Assembly: GCA_965222615.1 (NCBI GenBank)
Contig: CBDCUI010000008.1
Coordinates: 160,001-224,000 of the forward strand
Direction: 5' to 3'
DNA: 64,000 nt
DNA from: Gammaproteobacteria bacterium
Lineage (GTDB): Bacteria; Pseudomonadota; Gammaproteobacteria; UBA4575
Position 1 is the stretch's first letter. Each line of letters opens with the position of its first letter. A program made the position numbers and the translations under genes. Below the pieces are notes generated by a model that saw nothing but the letters and a program-made list of their open reading frames with translations, was not told the DNA's origin and did not search any database. This document shows positions 35,294 through 45,794 of the stretch, one piece after another.

Positions 35294-37243
35294 TCAGTGG
35301 CCGAGTGCCATGTCGATGTACCCCGTCGGACAAACATCCGCACAAATATGGCAACCAATACATTTGCTGTAGTCGGTATCAACGTAACGACCGGTTGTAG
35401 ACTGATCTTTTTTAACCCGAAACACAGCATCTTGTGGGCAATACACCACACAGTTATCACATTCAAAACACATGCCGCAGCTCATGCAGCGATTGGCTTC
35501 TTCGATGGCTTGTTCTTCCGTGAAGTTTTTCATGCGTTCTTCAAAATGGCCTAGGACTTGTTTGGCATCCGGGCCGTGTTCTTCACGAAGGTTGCGTGGA
35601 GTAAATGGAAAGTGGCCTAAAAACAATTCGTCGTGTGCAATGATTTCGTGTTCTGCACGATCTTCATAGTTGTGCACAGAAAATTCAGATTGATCCGTAC
35701 CTCGATGAGAACCGTGCTCATAATTTTCAGGTTCTAGACCAAATTCTTGTAGCTTCTCTAATAGATCGAAGTGATGTACATCGACTTTGGGGCGTTTAGT
35801 GATTTCTTGATCGGTAAGAAAGTAATCAATACTTTCTGCAGCAATCGATGCTTGGCCGATGGCGGTGGTTAAAAGATGAGGGCGAATGATATCGCCACAT
35901 ACAAAATGACCCTCACGGTTGGGTATTGCATAAAATTTATCGGCATCAATTAAACCGCGACCGTTATCAAATTCTTCTAGGCCATCAAGGTCACCACCTT
36001 GGCCGATTGCAGATACGATTAAATCACACTCAATTTCAAATTCGGTGCCCTCAATCACAACTGGACGATTATCTTCCATTTTACATTCGGCCATACGTAA
36101 TGCCGTGGCACGCCCATCCTCACCAAGGATTACTTTTACTGGCATTACTCCATCTTTAATTTTCACGCCTTCACGCATGGCATCATGTACCTCGTGTTCG
36201 GCAGCAGTCATTTCTTCACGCGCAAATAGTGATGTAAGCGTTACCTCTGCACCCTGGCGTGATGCGGCATAGGCAGCATCATGTGCAACATAGCCACCAA
36301 TAACATGTTCAGGAGCTTCATCTTGTTTTAGCTTTTCAATTTTTCCGAGTCGGCGCGCAACCGAGACCACATCAATTGATGTATCACCGCCACCCACACA
36401 TACCACGCGATCTGCAGTAACCTGTAATCGACCGGTATTGAATGCTTCTAAGAACTTCACTCCAGATACACAGTTAGGTGCGTCGCCCCCTTCAACAGGA
36501 AGACCGCGTCCAGATTGACAACCTATGGCCCAAAGTACGGCATCAAATTCTTCTTCAAGTTCTTTTACAGAGATATCTTTTCCTACACGCGTGTTTAAAC
36601 GTGTTTCAATCTGGCCCATATCTAAAATGCGCTGAATCTCGTGATCTAAATAATTTCGTGGTGTACGGTAACCGGGAATACCATAACGAAACATTCCACC
36701 AAGCTCTTCATGCTCATCAAAAATTACACTAGCATGGTCTTTGCGGCGTAATTGATACGCTGCAGCGAGTCCTGCAGGTCCGCCACCGATAATGGCTATT
36801 TTTTTTCCAGATAATTCGGTTGGCGCTTCAAACTTAAAACCTTGTTCAAAGGCACTGTCACCGATGTATTGTTCAACGGCATTGATACCGACAAAATCTT
36901 CAACATGGTTACGGTTACATCCATCTTGACAAGGAGCAGGGCAAACACGCCCCATCATGGATGGAAACGGGTTTGCTTCGGTTGAACGTAAGAAGGCATA
37001 TTCTTGCATAGACATCTCTGCCGGCGGCTTTTCAATACCGCGCACAATTTGTAGCCAACCGCGAATATCTTCGCCGGATGGGCAGCTACCTTGACAGGGT
37101 GGTGTGCGATGCACATAAGTCGGACACTTATGTGAATGATCGGCTTCAAAAATCTTATCGCCAAAATTTCCCCACTCATAATCTCCATCTTCAAACTTTC
37201 TGAAAGTTAGTTTGTGAGTTAGTTGTTCCTTCGGGGTTGCCAT
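35294..37243 (-). CDS. dsrL: DsrL, iron-sulfur flavoprotein (DsrL-1, NAD(H)-type)
   Basis: PPCQGSCP, GRVCPAPC, GGGPAG, GGGDT, C-terminal two 4Fe-4S motifs; lacks YRR (has TSLF). Confidence 0.95.
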   Translation of the reverse strand: MATPKEQLTHKLTFRKFEDGDYEWGNFGDKIFEADHSHKCPTYVHRTPPCQGSCPSGEDIRGWLQIVRGIEKPPAEMSMQEYAFLRSTEANPFPSMMGRVCPAPCQDGCNRNHVEDFVGINAVEQYIGDSAFEQGFKFEAPTELSGKKIAIIGGGPAGLAAAYQLRRKDHASVIFDEHEELGGMFRYGIPGYRTPRNYLDHEIQRILDMGQIETRLNTRVGKDISVKELEEEFDAVLWAIGCQSGRGLPVEGGDAPNCVSGVKFLEAFNTGRLQVTADRVVCVGGGDTSIDVVSVARRLGKIEKLKQDEAPEHVIGGYVAHDAAYAASRQGAEVTLTSLFAREEMTAAEHEVHDAMREGVKIKDGVMPVKVILGEDGRATALRMAECKMEDNRPVVIEGTEFEIECDLIVSAIGQGGDLDGLEEFDNGRGLIDADKFYAIPNREGHFVCGDIIRPHLLTTAIGQASIAAESIDYFLTDQEITKRPKVDVHHFDLLEKLQEFGLEPENYEHGSHRGTDQSEFSVHNYEDRAEHEIIAHDELFLGHFPFTPRNLREEHGPDAKQVLGHFEERMKNFTEEQAIEEANRCMSCGMCFECDNCVVYCPQDAVFRVKKDQSTTGRYVDTDYSKCIGCHICADVCPTGYIDMALGH

Positions 37244-37295
37244 GAATTACTCCTTAATAATTAAGCTCCATTCAAAATACCTTGTTAAAATAATA

Positions 37296-38840
37296 TTAAG
37301 CCGCTTCAGCTTGTTCTTCATCATCATCCATCTGTGCAGAAGTGCCTTCTTCTGGTTCTAGCACGATGGCATTGCTGACCAGCTGATGCAGGCTCACTAT
37401 TTGATCCATACGAAAATCATAATACGGGAATACTTTTGAAAATTGACTCTTACAAATGGCACATATTGCAGCCATGTGGGTTACCCCATAAGTATCAACA
37501 ACATTTTTGAGTGCTTCCATTCGGGGTAGGGCACCCTTCACGCGCAACTCAATCAAGTCGTCTGTTAATAAACCGCCACCACCACCACAGCAATAGGTAC
37601 CTTCTTTAATGGCATAGCTCGGCATGTCCACAAAGTTATTGCAAACTGATTTAATAATGTCTCTGGGGATTTCAAATTGACCACCGGGTTTATTTCCCAT
37701 GCGCGAAGCACGCGCAACATTGCAGGAGTCGTGGTAGGTCACGACCATGTCATCATTTTGTGAGGGATCTAAAGTAAGTTTGCCTTGTTTAATTAATTCG
37801 TGAGTCACTTCACAAATATGTTGGGGTACCGGATAGTTTGGATCGAGAAAATCAAATGGCCCTGCAAGCGTATTTAAAAATGAATAAGCCACACGCCATG
37901 CATGTCCACATTCACCAAAAACAATTCTTTTGGCGCCGAGATCAATTGCGGCTTGGCGAATTCGTAGTGCAAGTTTTTGCATGTTCTCATAACTGCCGAT
38001 AAACATGCCAAAGTTTGCGGCTTCACTCGCAAAAGAACTCAGGGTCCATGAAAGGCCTGCTTGATGAAAAACTTTGGCGTAACCGATTAATCCATCAATA
38101 TGGGGTTCGGCAAAAAAATCGGCCGAAGGTGTAATAAGTAGAATTTCTGCGCCTTTTTCATCTACCGGAAATCGAACTTTTGCTCCGGTGTCTTCTTCCA
38201 CATCTTCTTCCAATCCTTCTAAGGTATCGATTAATGCGGGCTCGGGTAAGCCTAGGTTGTTACCAATGGTTTGTGCCTTGCCGATAATTTCATTGCAATA
38301 TTTTTGTCCTTTGCCCACGGCATCCATAACTTCACGCGCGGCCATGGAAATTTCTGCGGTATCGATTCCATATGGGCAGTACACCGAACAGCGCCTACAT
38401 TGAGAACACTGATGGAAATAGCTATACCAATCATCAAGTACTTCTTCAGTTAGATCTTCCGCACCAACCAATTTTGGGAAAAGTTTGCCAGAGAGAGTGA
38501 AATAACGACGATAGACTTTGCGGTATAAATCCTGCCTTGCCACAGGCATATTTTTTGGATCGGTTGTGCCTAGGTAGTAATGACATTTATCGGTGCAGGC
38601 ACCACACTTTACACAGGCGTCAAGAAACACTTGCAAAGAGCGATACTTTTTATTGAGCTCGCCCATTTTATCGATCGCGACTTGCTGCCAGTTATCCACC
38701 AGCTCACCAGGAAAGCCGAGCTTTTCTTGGAACTCCGCTTTGGCTACAAAAGGTTGGCTATGTGCCATCACGCCTTTTTGTAGATGAGGGATAATTGGAT
38801 ACTCTTTAAGTTCCGGCGTATCGAATTCTGTAGCAGCCAT
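37296..38840 (-). CDS. dsrK: DsrK, HdrD-like Fe-S subunit
   Basis: CVKCGACTDKC, CSQCRRCSVYCP, GECGH, HDSC and CCGGGGG motifs. Confidence 0.96.
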   Translation of the reverse strand: MAATEFDTPELKEYPIIPHLQKGVMAHSQPFVAKAEFQEKLGFPGELVDNWQQVAIDKMGELNKKYRSLQVFLDACVKCGACTDKCHYYLGTTDPKNMPVARQDLYRKVYRRYFTLSGKLFPKLVGAEDLTEEVLDDWYSYFHQCSQCRRCSVYCPYGIDTAEISMAAREVMDAVGKGQKYCNEIIGKAQTIGNNLGLPEPALIDTLEGLEEDVEEDTGAKVRFPVDEKGAEILLITPSADFFAEPHIDGLIGYAKVFHQAGLSWTLSSFASEAANFGMFIGSYENMQKLALRIRQAAIDLGAKRIVFGECGHAWRVAYSFLNTLAGPFDFLDPNYPVPQHICEVTHELIKQGKLTLDPSQNDDMVVTYHDSCNVARASRMGNKPGGQFEIPRDIIKSVCNNFVDMPSYAIKEGTYCCGGGGGLLTDDLIELRVKGALPRMEALKNVVDTYGVTHMAAICAICKSQFSKVFPYYDFRMDQIVSLHQLVSNAIVLEPEEGTSAQMDDDEEQAEAA

Positions 38841-38842
38841 AA

Positions 38843-39592
38843 TTAATTCGTTTCAGATGATTTAGAAGAAGCAAGTTTTGTTGCCCATTCCGCGATATGA
38901 CGACGTTCACGTGGGTTGTCCATTTGATTTCGTGTCGGGCTAAAAAACACACCTGGAGCATGTAAAAGTTTGCTAAATGGAAAAATAATCATTAATAAAA
39001 TAACTAAACTTAGATGCACTATTAAGATTAAATCGTTAGGTAAAGGCGACCAATTAAAAGTCATTAGACCTAGTAAAAATGATTTCAACGAAATGATGTC
39101 AACATGGTCGACAAAGGTCATCAATGCCCCGGTTGCTCCGATTGCAATTAACAGCAGTAGCATTAAATGATCAGAGGGTGCGGAAATATAACGCACACGA
39201 TCGACAAGTAGTCTTCTTCCCCACAAACCTATTAAACCAATCAACATCATAAATGCGGCGTATTTCCCAAATGGCTGTAAAAAAGTAACCCAAGCCCAAA
39301 CCGGATCTATGAAATAGCGCAAATGTCGTAACAACACTAAAAGTAAACCGAAATGGAATAACCAACCAAATAACCAGGTCCACTTGTTGGACTTAAACAG
39401 GCTTTCAAAAATAGTGAGCTCTTTGATCATTCTAAATACGACTCCGCCGCGTGTGGTAGGAGCAGGGGTGGTTGGAATTTTTAGAGGTGCGGGTGTTTTA
39501 GCGTAACACCAAGCCTTATAAGCGACACCAAAAACTAAAATAGCAGTCGCTAGGTAAAATAAAAATGCATACGTTACGGTCAAGGTTGACAT
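38843..39592 (-). CDS. dsrM: DsrM, NarI-like membrane b-type cytochrome
   Basis: FH.GL...LLRHLRY and VHL..FPFSKLLH heme ligands; ATG at 39592 (GTG at 39610 possible). Confidence 0.95.
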   Translation of the reverse strand: MSTLTVTYAFLFYLATAILVFGVAYKAWCYAKTPAPLKIPTTPAPTTRGGVVFRMIKELTIFESLFKSNKWTWLFGWLFHFGLLLVLLRHLRYFIDPVWAWVTFLQPFGKYAAFMMLIGLIGLWGRRLLVDRVRYISAPSDHLMLLLLIAIGATGALMTFVDHVDIISLKSFLLGLMTFNWSPLPNDLILIVHLSLVILLMIIFPFSKLLHAPGVFFSPTRNQMDNPRERRHIAEWATKLASSKSSETN

Positions 39593-39682
39593 CAATTGTG
39601 AGTCTTTCACATTTCATGCTTCGTACAAATACGAACTAAAATTGTTTTTGAGAGGCAGACTAGCTGCCATTGCTCAATTTAT

Positions 39683-39746
39683 TTAAGGGGGTTCTGATTT
39701 ATTTAGTACATTTTTTTACGCAGCATCAAAAATCAGAATGTCTTAA
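39683..39746. repeat. Degenerate short copy of the ERIC-like element between dsrC and dsrM
   Basis: Inverted termini TTAAG..TTCTGATTT...AAATCAGAA..CTTAA. Confidence 0.5.
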
Positions 39747-39749
39747 ATG

Positions 39750-40082
39750 TTATACACAACCCGTTGGTTTTGGCAGTCCAGCATATTTACAAGCTTGTTT
39801 TGCGGGACCATACGGAAACAGTTCGTATAAATATTTGCTGTTGCCTTTATCTTTGCCAAGTTTTTTGCCAATTGCTTTAGTAAGTACGCGTACAGCGGGA
39901 GCAATTTGGTATTCTTCGTAGTATTCGCGTAAGAAGTTAATAACTTCCCAATGGTTGTCTCCAAGTTCTGCACCATCGGCTGCAGCCATTGCTTCGGCTA
40001 ACTCTGGTTGCCAATCATTGAGGTTAGCTAAATAACCTTCTTCATCAGTCTCGTAAGACTTGCCATTTACTTCTAAGGGCAT
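39750..40082 (-). CDS. dsrC: DsrC sulfur carrier (canonical Cys-X10-Cys C-terminus)
   Basis: LFPYGPAKQACKYAGLPKPTGCV. Confidence 0.97.
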   Translation of the reverse strand: MPLEVNGKSYETDEEGYLANLNDWQPELAEAMAAADGAELGDNHWEVINFLREYYEEYQIAPAVRVLTKAIGKKLGKDKGNSKYLYELFPYGPAKQACKYAGLPKPTGCV

Positions 40083-40109
40083 ACGACTCTCCTGTGTAAT
40101 AAAAATTAA

Positions 40110-40418
40110 TTAAAGCCAAGACTGAACTGTGTCATGTTCAGTCGTTAAATCTACAAAGCCGTCATAATCGATAACTTCAATACCATCGACCACATTATTG
40201 TCACTGAGGCCGCGGGCTTTGATATCGGGGCCTAAGACGTAAAATGAAAAATTACTCATTGCTTGAGATACAGTATCACTAAATTTTGTATTCTGCATCG
40301 CGCCAATAACACCATCTTCAAATAAAAGAACTGAGCTGCCTTTTTTTGCTAAACGCAAGCAGGATTCAAGCGTATTCCGTTCAAAGGGAGATTTATTTAC
40401 GGTATGTAATGTTGCCAT
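40110..40418 (-). CDS. dsrH: DsrH sulfurtransferase subunit
   Basis: LHTVNKSPF, LLFEDGV, D.KARG and IDYDGFVDL motifs. Confidence 0.95.
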   Translation of the reverse strand: MATLHTVNKSPFERNTLESCLRLAKKGSSVLLFEDGVIGAMQNTKFSDTVSQAMSNFSFYVLGPDIKARGLSDNNVVDGIEVIDYDGFVDLTTEHDTVQSWL

Positions 40419-40426
40419 AATGATTT

Positions 40427-40846
40427 TTAAAAACTTAGAATTACATCTTGTTCATCGATAATTGTGGACAATTCATCTCGTCCCACGACAAATAACGAAT
40501 CTTTTTCTGCCCAATCATCGTCTTCATCTTCGTATTTCAAGGCTTGAAGATCATCAGCTGATAAGCCGCGTTCCTCTAAAGATTCTTTTTCAACGTAAAC
40601 TTTTTTAATATCGTAATCACCCAAGGCGGTGTACGTTTTAGAAAAGTTTTTCATACCAATACCAGTGGTATCCTGATCTTTGGTAAGTTGATAAACGCCA
40701 TCGTCGGCAAATACCAGACTGATGTCTTGATCAAAAGCAGCTGCAATCAATACTACTTCTAATGATTCTAAAGCGTAAATGGTTCCATAGGGTGCTTTAC
40801 GATTTATGTAACAAAACTTTTTAACGATACCTTCGCCGTCTTCCAT
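40427..40846 (-). CDS. dsrF: DsrF sulfurtransferase subunit
   Basis: RKAPYGTIYALESLE and F.DDGVYQL.K.Q motifs. Confidence 0.95.
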   Translation of the reverse strand: MEDGEGIVKKFCYINRKAPYGTIYALESLEVVLIAAAFDQDISLVFADDGVYQLTKDQDTTGIGMKNFSKTYTALGDYDIKKVYVEKESLEERGLSADDLQALKYEDEDDDWAEKDSLFVVGRDELSTIIDEQDVILSF

Positions 40847-40860
40847 TTAACTCTCCAATG

Positions 40861-41253
40861 TTAATCGCCAAAAGTTACCAGGCGATCGGCCTGAATACCG
40901 GCTTCAATGAGTTGTCCTAATCCTGAAATGCGAAAGCCTTTGGCCAAGTTATTTGCGTTTTTACCATGACGTTTCATCTCATCTTCGTCCAACATTCCAC
41001 GGCGTTGGGCAGCGGCAACGCATACCACTAAATCGAGGCCATGTTTTTCGGCTAGCTCAGACCATTCGTTGGTAAGGTTACGGTCATCTTGTGGAGGTAC
41101 ACTCAAGCTTGTGCCGTTGTTTACTCCATCATGATAGAAAAACACGCGAAAAATTTCGTGTCCTTTGTTTAACGCTGCTTTAGTAAATTGCAATGCAGAG
41201 TCAGACGATTGATGTGTATACGGGCCCTCATTAATAACGATTCCAAATTTCAC
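40861..41253 (-). CDS. dsrE: DsrE sulfurtransferase subunit
   Basis: EGPY, VFFYHDGV, VCVAAAQRRG (active Cys), GFRISGLGQL. Confidence 0.96.
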   Translation of the reverse strand: MKFGIVINEGPYTHQSSDSALQFTKAALNKGHEIFRVFFYHDGVNNGTSLSVPPQDDRNLTNEWSELAEKHGLDLVVCVAAAQRRGMLDEDEMKRHGKNANNLAKGFRISGLGQLIEAGIQADRLVTFGD

Positions 41254-41268
41254 AGCGATCCCTCATGG

Positions 41269-42342
41269 TTAAAAGCGTATGTGCGTTGAAGAGTTTAGGC
41301 TTCGACGTGCACCACGCCAGTTATCAATGTGGAATTTAGTGAATGGAAGTCCAGTGACTTCAAAGAAACGCGGCCAACCAATGCGTTCTACCCAATCATT
41401 AATTCGTTCCCAGTCCTTGGCATTATCGCGATAGGCACGCAAGATGTTCTTCACCACTGCAGTAGCTTCTGGCCAACGCGGTGGGTTATTAGGGATCCCC
41501 GCAGCCACTAATTTTTGAAATGTAGGTTTGCTACGTGCATTACTATGATTCCCACCGACCCAAATTGCGAGCAGACTGTGTTCGGCGTCATTAATTTGCA
41601 TAGGAGGGCATGGTGGGTAACAAGCTCCACAACAGATACATTTTTTTTCATCGACTTCTAAAGACGGTTTGCCGTTGACTTGTGCGGGTCGTATTGCAGC
41701 AACCGGGCAACGTGCAACGACGGAAGGTCGTTCGCATACATTAGAGACTAGATCGTGATTAATTTTAGGTGGCTTGGTGTGTTGAACATTAATCGCAATA
41801 TCACCTTGTCCACCACAGTTAATTTGGCAACAAGACGTAGTAATGTGAACGCGGTTTGGCATATTGTTTTCACGAAATTCATCGATGAGTTCATCCATCA
41901 TTGCTTTTACCACACCTGAAGCATCGGTCCCTGGAATGTCGCAATGCAGCCACCCTTGGGTATGCGAAATCATAGCTACCGAATTTTTCGTGCCACCAAC
42001 AATAAATCCTTCTGATTCTAGTGCATCAATGAGTGGTAAAACTTTTGCTTCGTCTGCAACCATGTATTCGATATTGCTACGAATAGTAAAGCGCACATGT
42101 CCTTCGGCATATTTATCACCAATGTCACACAGTGTACGTAGCGTAAAGACGTCTAATATACGTTGTGTACCAGCACGTACGGTCCAGATCTTATCCCCAT
42201 TTGCAGCCACATGAAGTAACACGCCGGGCCGCGGATGCTCATGGTAATCCCAATTGCCATAATTTTTACGCATCAAAGGATGCATGTATTGAAAACCATC
42301 AGGACAGCCAGACTCAATAGGTGGGCGATGATCTTGCGCCAT
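41269..42342 (-). CDS. dsrB: Reverse dissimilatory sulfite reductase beta subunit
   Basis: HTQGWLHCDIP, SCCQINCG, CICCGAC and PNNPPRWPE motifs. Confidence 0.98.
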   Translation of the reverse strand: MAQDHRPPIESGCPDGFQYMHPLMRKNYGNWDYHEHPRPGVLLHVAANGDKIWTVRAGTQRILDVFTLRTLCDIGDKYAEGHVRFTIRSNIEYMVADEAKVLPLIDALESEGFIVGGTKNSVAMISHTQGWLHCDIPGTDASGVVKAMMDELIDEFRENNMPNRVHITTSCCQINCGGQGDIAINVQHTKPPKINHDLVSNVCERPSVVARCPVAAIRPAQVNGKPSLEVDEKKCICCGACYPPCPPMQINDAEHSLLAIWVGGNHSNARSKPTFQKLVAAGIPNNPPRWPEATAVVKNILRAYRDNAKDWERINDWVERIGWPRFFEVTGLPFTKFHIDNWRGARRSLNSSTHIRF

Positions 42343-42402
42343 ACTTTTCTCCTACGCTTATATTTATTAAAGGTGTGTAAGTAATAAGTTTTTTGATGTT
42401 GG

Positions 42403-43668
42403 CTAGCCAGCTGCAGTTTGTTTTTGCTCGGCTTGTTTACTAAACCATTTCTCAGCTTCGTCGTCCCAACTATCAGAACGGAAGTACGAGCTCTGACGCG
42501 GTTCGTTGACCATATTTGGATCTACGTCAACGCCGACGCCTTCTAAGAAGTTAACTAAACCAATGCGTTCAATCATCTCACCACAGCGTTCATGTTCCAG
42601 TCCGTTTTCAGCCCAAAAATCGATGGTCTCTTCTGCAAGCTCAACCAGACTTTCGTAATCTTCCTCGGTCTCAAGTTTCTTAAAGGGTACGATTACCGTT
42701 CCCATCAAGTCACCGATCTTAAGGGTACGTTTTCCACCAATTAATATCGTGATGCCTTTATCATCACCAGGTGATAACGCCTTTACCATGACGTTCAAAC
42801 AGTGCATACAACGCACACAGTCTTTGTTGTTTACCTCTAAAGTGTCGTCATCTTTAAGCGCAAGGGCTTGGGTAGGGCAGCGGGTGATTACATTATCGAT
42901 TACATACTGACGGCCTTTGCGTTTGACGAATTTTTTAACTTCGTCTTGGTCGACTTTCATGTCATCACGCCAAGTGCCAATGATGGAGAAATCCGAGCGT
43001 TCAATTGAATTCATGCAGTCATTGGGACAACCTGAAACTTTAAACTTAAATTTATATGGAAGTGCTGGTCGATGAACATCATCGGTAAAGTTATTAAGTA
43101 AGGTACGATGAATTTTCATTTCATCTGCATTGGACATTTCGCAACGTGCTGCACCCACACAGGACATGCCAGTACGAACACACGGACCTGCGCCACCTAA
43201 GTCCCAACCATAATCATTGATCTCATCGAAAAAGTGTTGCGTGTTTTCGGTGGTTGCACCGATGAACATAATATTGCCGGTTTGACCATGAAAGGTAACT
43301 AAACCTGAACCCCATTTTTCCCAACTATCACCAAGTTGCCGTAGCATATCTGTGGTGTAGTAATTGCCAGCAGGGGGTTGAACACGCAGGGTGTGAAATT
43401 CTTTTGATTCTGGAAAAGCTGAACCTACTTCCGAAAAACGCGGAATGATTCCACTGCCATAGCCAAATACCGATACGGTACCACCTTTCCAATAGCCTTT
43501 GCGTGTCTCGTACGAGTGTTCTAATTGACCCAGCAAAGAATTGGCTACGCCTTGAATGCGCTCGTCTTCGTGTTTATCGCGTAAACGTTTAATGCCTGAA
43601 ACAAAACTTGGCCAAGGGCCTTTTTCCAACTCATCTAGCATCGGAGTGGGGTGTTGCTTATTGGCCAT
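42403..43668 (-). CDS. dsrA: Reverse dissimilatory sulfite reductase alpha subunit
   Basis: GPWPSFV, WKGG.VSVFGYG.G, CVGAARCE, YKFKFKVSGCPNDC and CVRCMHC motifs. Confidence 0.98.
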   Translation of the reverse strand: MANKQHPTPMLDELEKGPWPSFVSGIKRLRDKHEDERIQGVANSLLGQLEHSYETRKGYWKGGTVSVFGYGSGIIPRFSEVGSAFPESKEFHTLRVQPPAGNYYTTDMLRQLGDSWEKWGSGLVTFHGQTGNIMFIGATTENTQHFFDEINDYGWDLGGAGPCVRTGMSCVGAARCEMSNADEMKIHRTLLNNFTDDVHRPALPYKFKFKVSGCPNDCMNSIERSDFSIIGTWRDDMKVDQDEVKKFVKRKGRQYVIDNVITRCPTQALALKDDDTLEVNNKDCVRCMHCLNVMVKALSPGDDKGITILIGGKRTLKIGDLMGTVIVPFKKLETEEDYESLVELAEETIDFWAENGLEHERCGEMIERIGLVNFLEGVGVDVDPNMVNEPRQSSYFRSDSWDDEAEKWFSKQAEQKQTAAG

Positions 43669-43818
43669 GCGGAATCTCCTAAGTAGTGTAATGTGGGATT
43701 CAGTATTTTGAATCTTTAAGGTACATGAAAAACATACCAGGGCCCGTTAAGGTTAACAGCCTTAAAAACCATGAAAATATACGTTTAGCAGTCTAGAAGT
43801 AGGATGAAAATGGCAAAA

Positions 43819-43867
43819 TCCCCTCCATGGGGTGCCGAGGTAAATACAGCTTACCCCAATAGGGATA
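43819..43867. promoter_or_regulatory. Candidate NarL-type 7-2-7 inverted sites in the dsrA/tauD divergent promoter
   Basis: TCCCCTC-CA-TGGGGTG (43819) and TACCCCA-AT-AGGGATA (43852), 33 bp apart; GC-rich motifs in an AT-rich spacer. Confidence 0.4.
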
Positions 43868-43987
43868 GGATTTATGGGGACGATGAGATAAATGAAATTT
43901 ACTGTACTTAGAGTAATCTAAATTATTAATTTGTAACCGGTATATTTACAAAGCTTTATCATCGGAAGCTCCCATATTCCATAAGTT

Positions 43988-44905
43988 ATGCAACCATTTT
44001 TATTGCAAAACCGTCACGAGTATCGGCAATGGCGAGAAGCCAAATTACGCGACTATCCTGTGGATAGTGAGCAGTTGGTTGTGGAAATTCGTAATCCCTT
44101 CAAATTGACTACTCAGGAGCGAGATGCATTGCTCGCTATATGTCAAAAAACAAATTTAGCGATTTATAGATGCCTCAGTAAAAATGTCACTGATAGTAAT
44201 ATTGTATCTGCATTGGCTGCTCAAGTTGGATTGCAACAAATGGATGCCAACTTATGTGCAGACGAAGATAAAATTTCTGCGATTCAAGTGGTCGATAAAG
44301 GGCGTAGTAGCACATACATTCCCTATACCAATAAACCTTTAAATTGGCATACCGATGGTTACTACAACCAAGATCAAGAACGTATTCGCGCATTTTTAAT
44401 GTATTGTGTGCGGCCTGCAAGCTCAGGTGGAATCAATGCCTATCTGGATCCAGAAATTCTTTACATTTTGTTACGTGATGAAAATCCCGATTATATTGAA
44501 GCCTTGATGGATAAAAATGCAATGATGATTCCAGCTAATCTACAAGACCATGAGCAAATTCGTGGTGAAAAAACTGGCCCTGTATTTTTAATCGATGAGA
44601 ATACACAAACACTATATATGCGCTATAGCGCACGAACACGCAATGTTGTTTGGAATGACAACACTGTTACACAACATGCACGAAATAGAATGTTAGAAAT
44701 TCTAAATGATAACCACTATGTTTTCCGGCATCGTTTACAAGCAGGCGAAGGTGTGCTTTGTAACAATGTATTACACAATAGAACTTTGTTTGTAGATGAT
44801 CCTACAGCAAAACGATTACTGTACCGAGCTCGTTTTTATGAACGAGTATCAAAATCAAAACATTCTGATAATGATATGGAAACGGTGAGTCAATGCTGTG
44901 GTTAA
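43988..44905 (+). CDS. TauD/TfdA-family Fe(II)/2OG dioxygenase
   Basis: LNWHTDGYY (HxD), NNVLHNR and R.LYRAR motifs. Confidence 0.85.
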   Translation: MQPFLLQNRHEYRQWREAKLRDYPVDSEQLVVEIRNPFKLTTQERDALLAICQKTNLAIYRCLSKNVTDSNIVSALAAQVGLQQMDANLCADEDKISAIQVVDKGRSSTYIPYTNKPLNWHTDGYYNQDQERIRAFLMYCVRPASSGGINAYLDPEILYILLRDENPDYIEALMDKNAMMIPANLQDHEQIRGEKTGPVFLIDENTQTLYMRYSARTRNVVWNDNTVTQHARNRMLEILNDNHYVFRHRLQAGEGVLCNNVLHNRTLFVDDPTAKRLLYRARFYERVSKSKHSDNDMETVSQCCG

Positions 44906-45093
44906 GTGAAGTCCTTATGCAAAATCATGAGTTGAGGTCATTTGAAGAACTTAAAAAAAAGTTAAGTGAACGCGCACAACAAGGAGAAATGTTTTTTCGT
45001 ATGGACGTGCGACCACCTTTTCAAGATACTCCTGAAAATTGGGAGGATATTCTAGAGTCTGTATTTACATCGGTGAATAATCAGCCTGAGTAA
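44893..45093 (+). CDS. Small hypothetical protein of the dsr-accessory operon
   Basis: Overlaps the tauD-like stop by 13 nt and ends 7 nt before cas6; MDVRPPFQDTPENWED motif. Confidence 0.75.
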   Translation: MLWLSEVLMQNHELRSFEELKKKLSERAQQGEMFFRMDVRPPFQDTPENWEDILESVFTSVNNQPE

Positions 45094-45100
45094 GCTACGA

Positions 45101-45790
45101 ATGTATTGGCAAGACAAAGAGGAAAAAGATAAACAATATGTCGTACCGGACGATATCGTTGATTTATCTTTCAAAGTACAGTGTAAACAATTGCCATTAG
45201 ACCATGCTTATGTGTTGTCACAAACCATTCAGAAAGAATTACCCTGGATTGCAGATGAACCGCAAGCGGGTATTCATTTAATCCATGGTGCAGAGTCAGG
45301 CAATGGTTGGATTCGACCCCAAGAACCTGATGCAATTTTGAATTTGTCTCGGCGCACACGTTTTATGTTGAGATTACCTAAGCAGCGTATTGACGATGCA
45401 AATCTCATTGCAGGTAAAACCCTAAAAGTAGGCGGACATGAGTTGGTGCTGAGCAATCCACAGCAGAAACTTCTTTCCCCGCTGACTACCATATTTGCGC
45501 GCTATATCATTACAGAAAATATTGAAAACGAAGAGGCCTTCTTAGACCAAGCCGCTGAGTTGGTAAAACAAAAAGGGATTCAGGTGACTAAGATGATGAG
45601 TGGGCGCGCCCATGTATTGCGTATGCCGGGACAAAATTTGTCTACGCGTAGCTTGATGATCGATGGGTTGGAAGTGGAGCAGTCAATTTATTTGCAACAG
45701 CAGGGTTTGGGCGAAGGACGTAAAGTGGGTTGTGGGTTGTTTCTTCCCCATAAGGGTATTGACGCAGTGGGACAAGCCCAGCAAAAATAA
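45101..45790 (+). CDS. cas6: Orphan Cas6-like RAMP protein (Cas6/Cmx6, type I-MYXAN-like)
   Basis: VDLSF...LPLDHAY.L, PW..GIH.IHG, LSRRT...LRLP, and C-terminal Gly-rich loop GLGEGRKVGCGLF.P. Confidence 0.85.
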   Translation: MYWQDKEEKDKQYVVPDDIVDLSFKVQCKQLPLDHAYVLSQTIQKELPWIADEPQAGIHLIHGAESGNGWIRPQEPDAILNLSRRTRFMLRLPKQRIDDANLIAGKTLKVGGHELVLSNPQQKLLSPLTTIFARYIITENIENEEAFLDQAAELVKQKGIQVTKMMSGRAHVLRMPGQNLSTRSLMIDGLEVEQSIYLQQQGLGEGRKVGCGLFLPHKGIDAVGQAQQK

Positions 45791-45794
45791 TATG

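Noticed and set aside
34980-35466. Extra ORFs between dsrL and dsrJ (34980-35363, 35137-35400, 35260-35466)
   Set aside because: They run through two palindromic repeat copies and overlap dsrL; no protein motifs.
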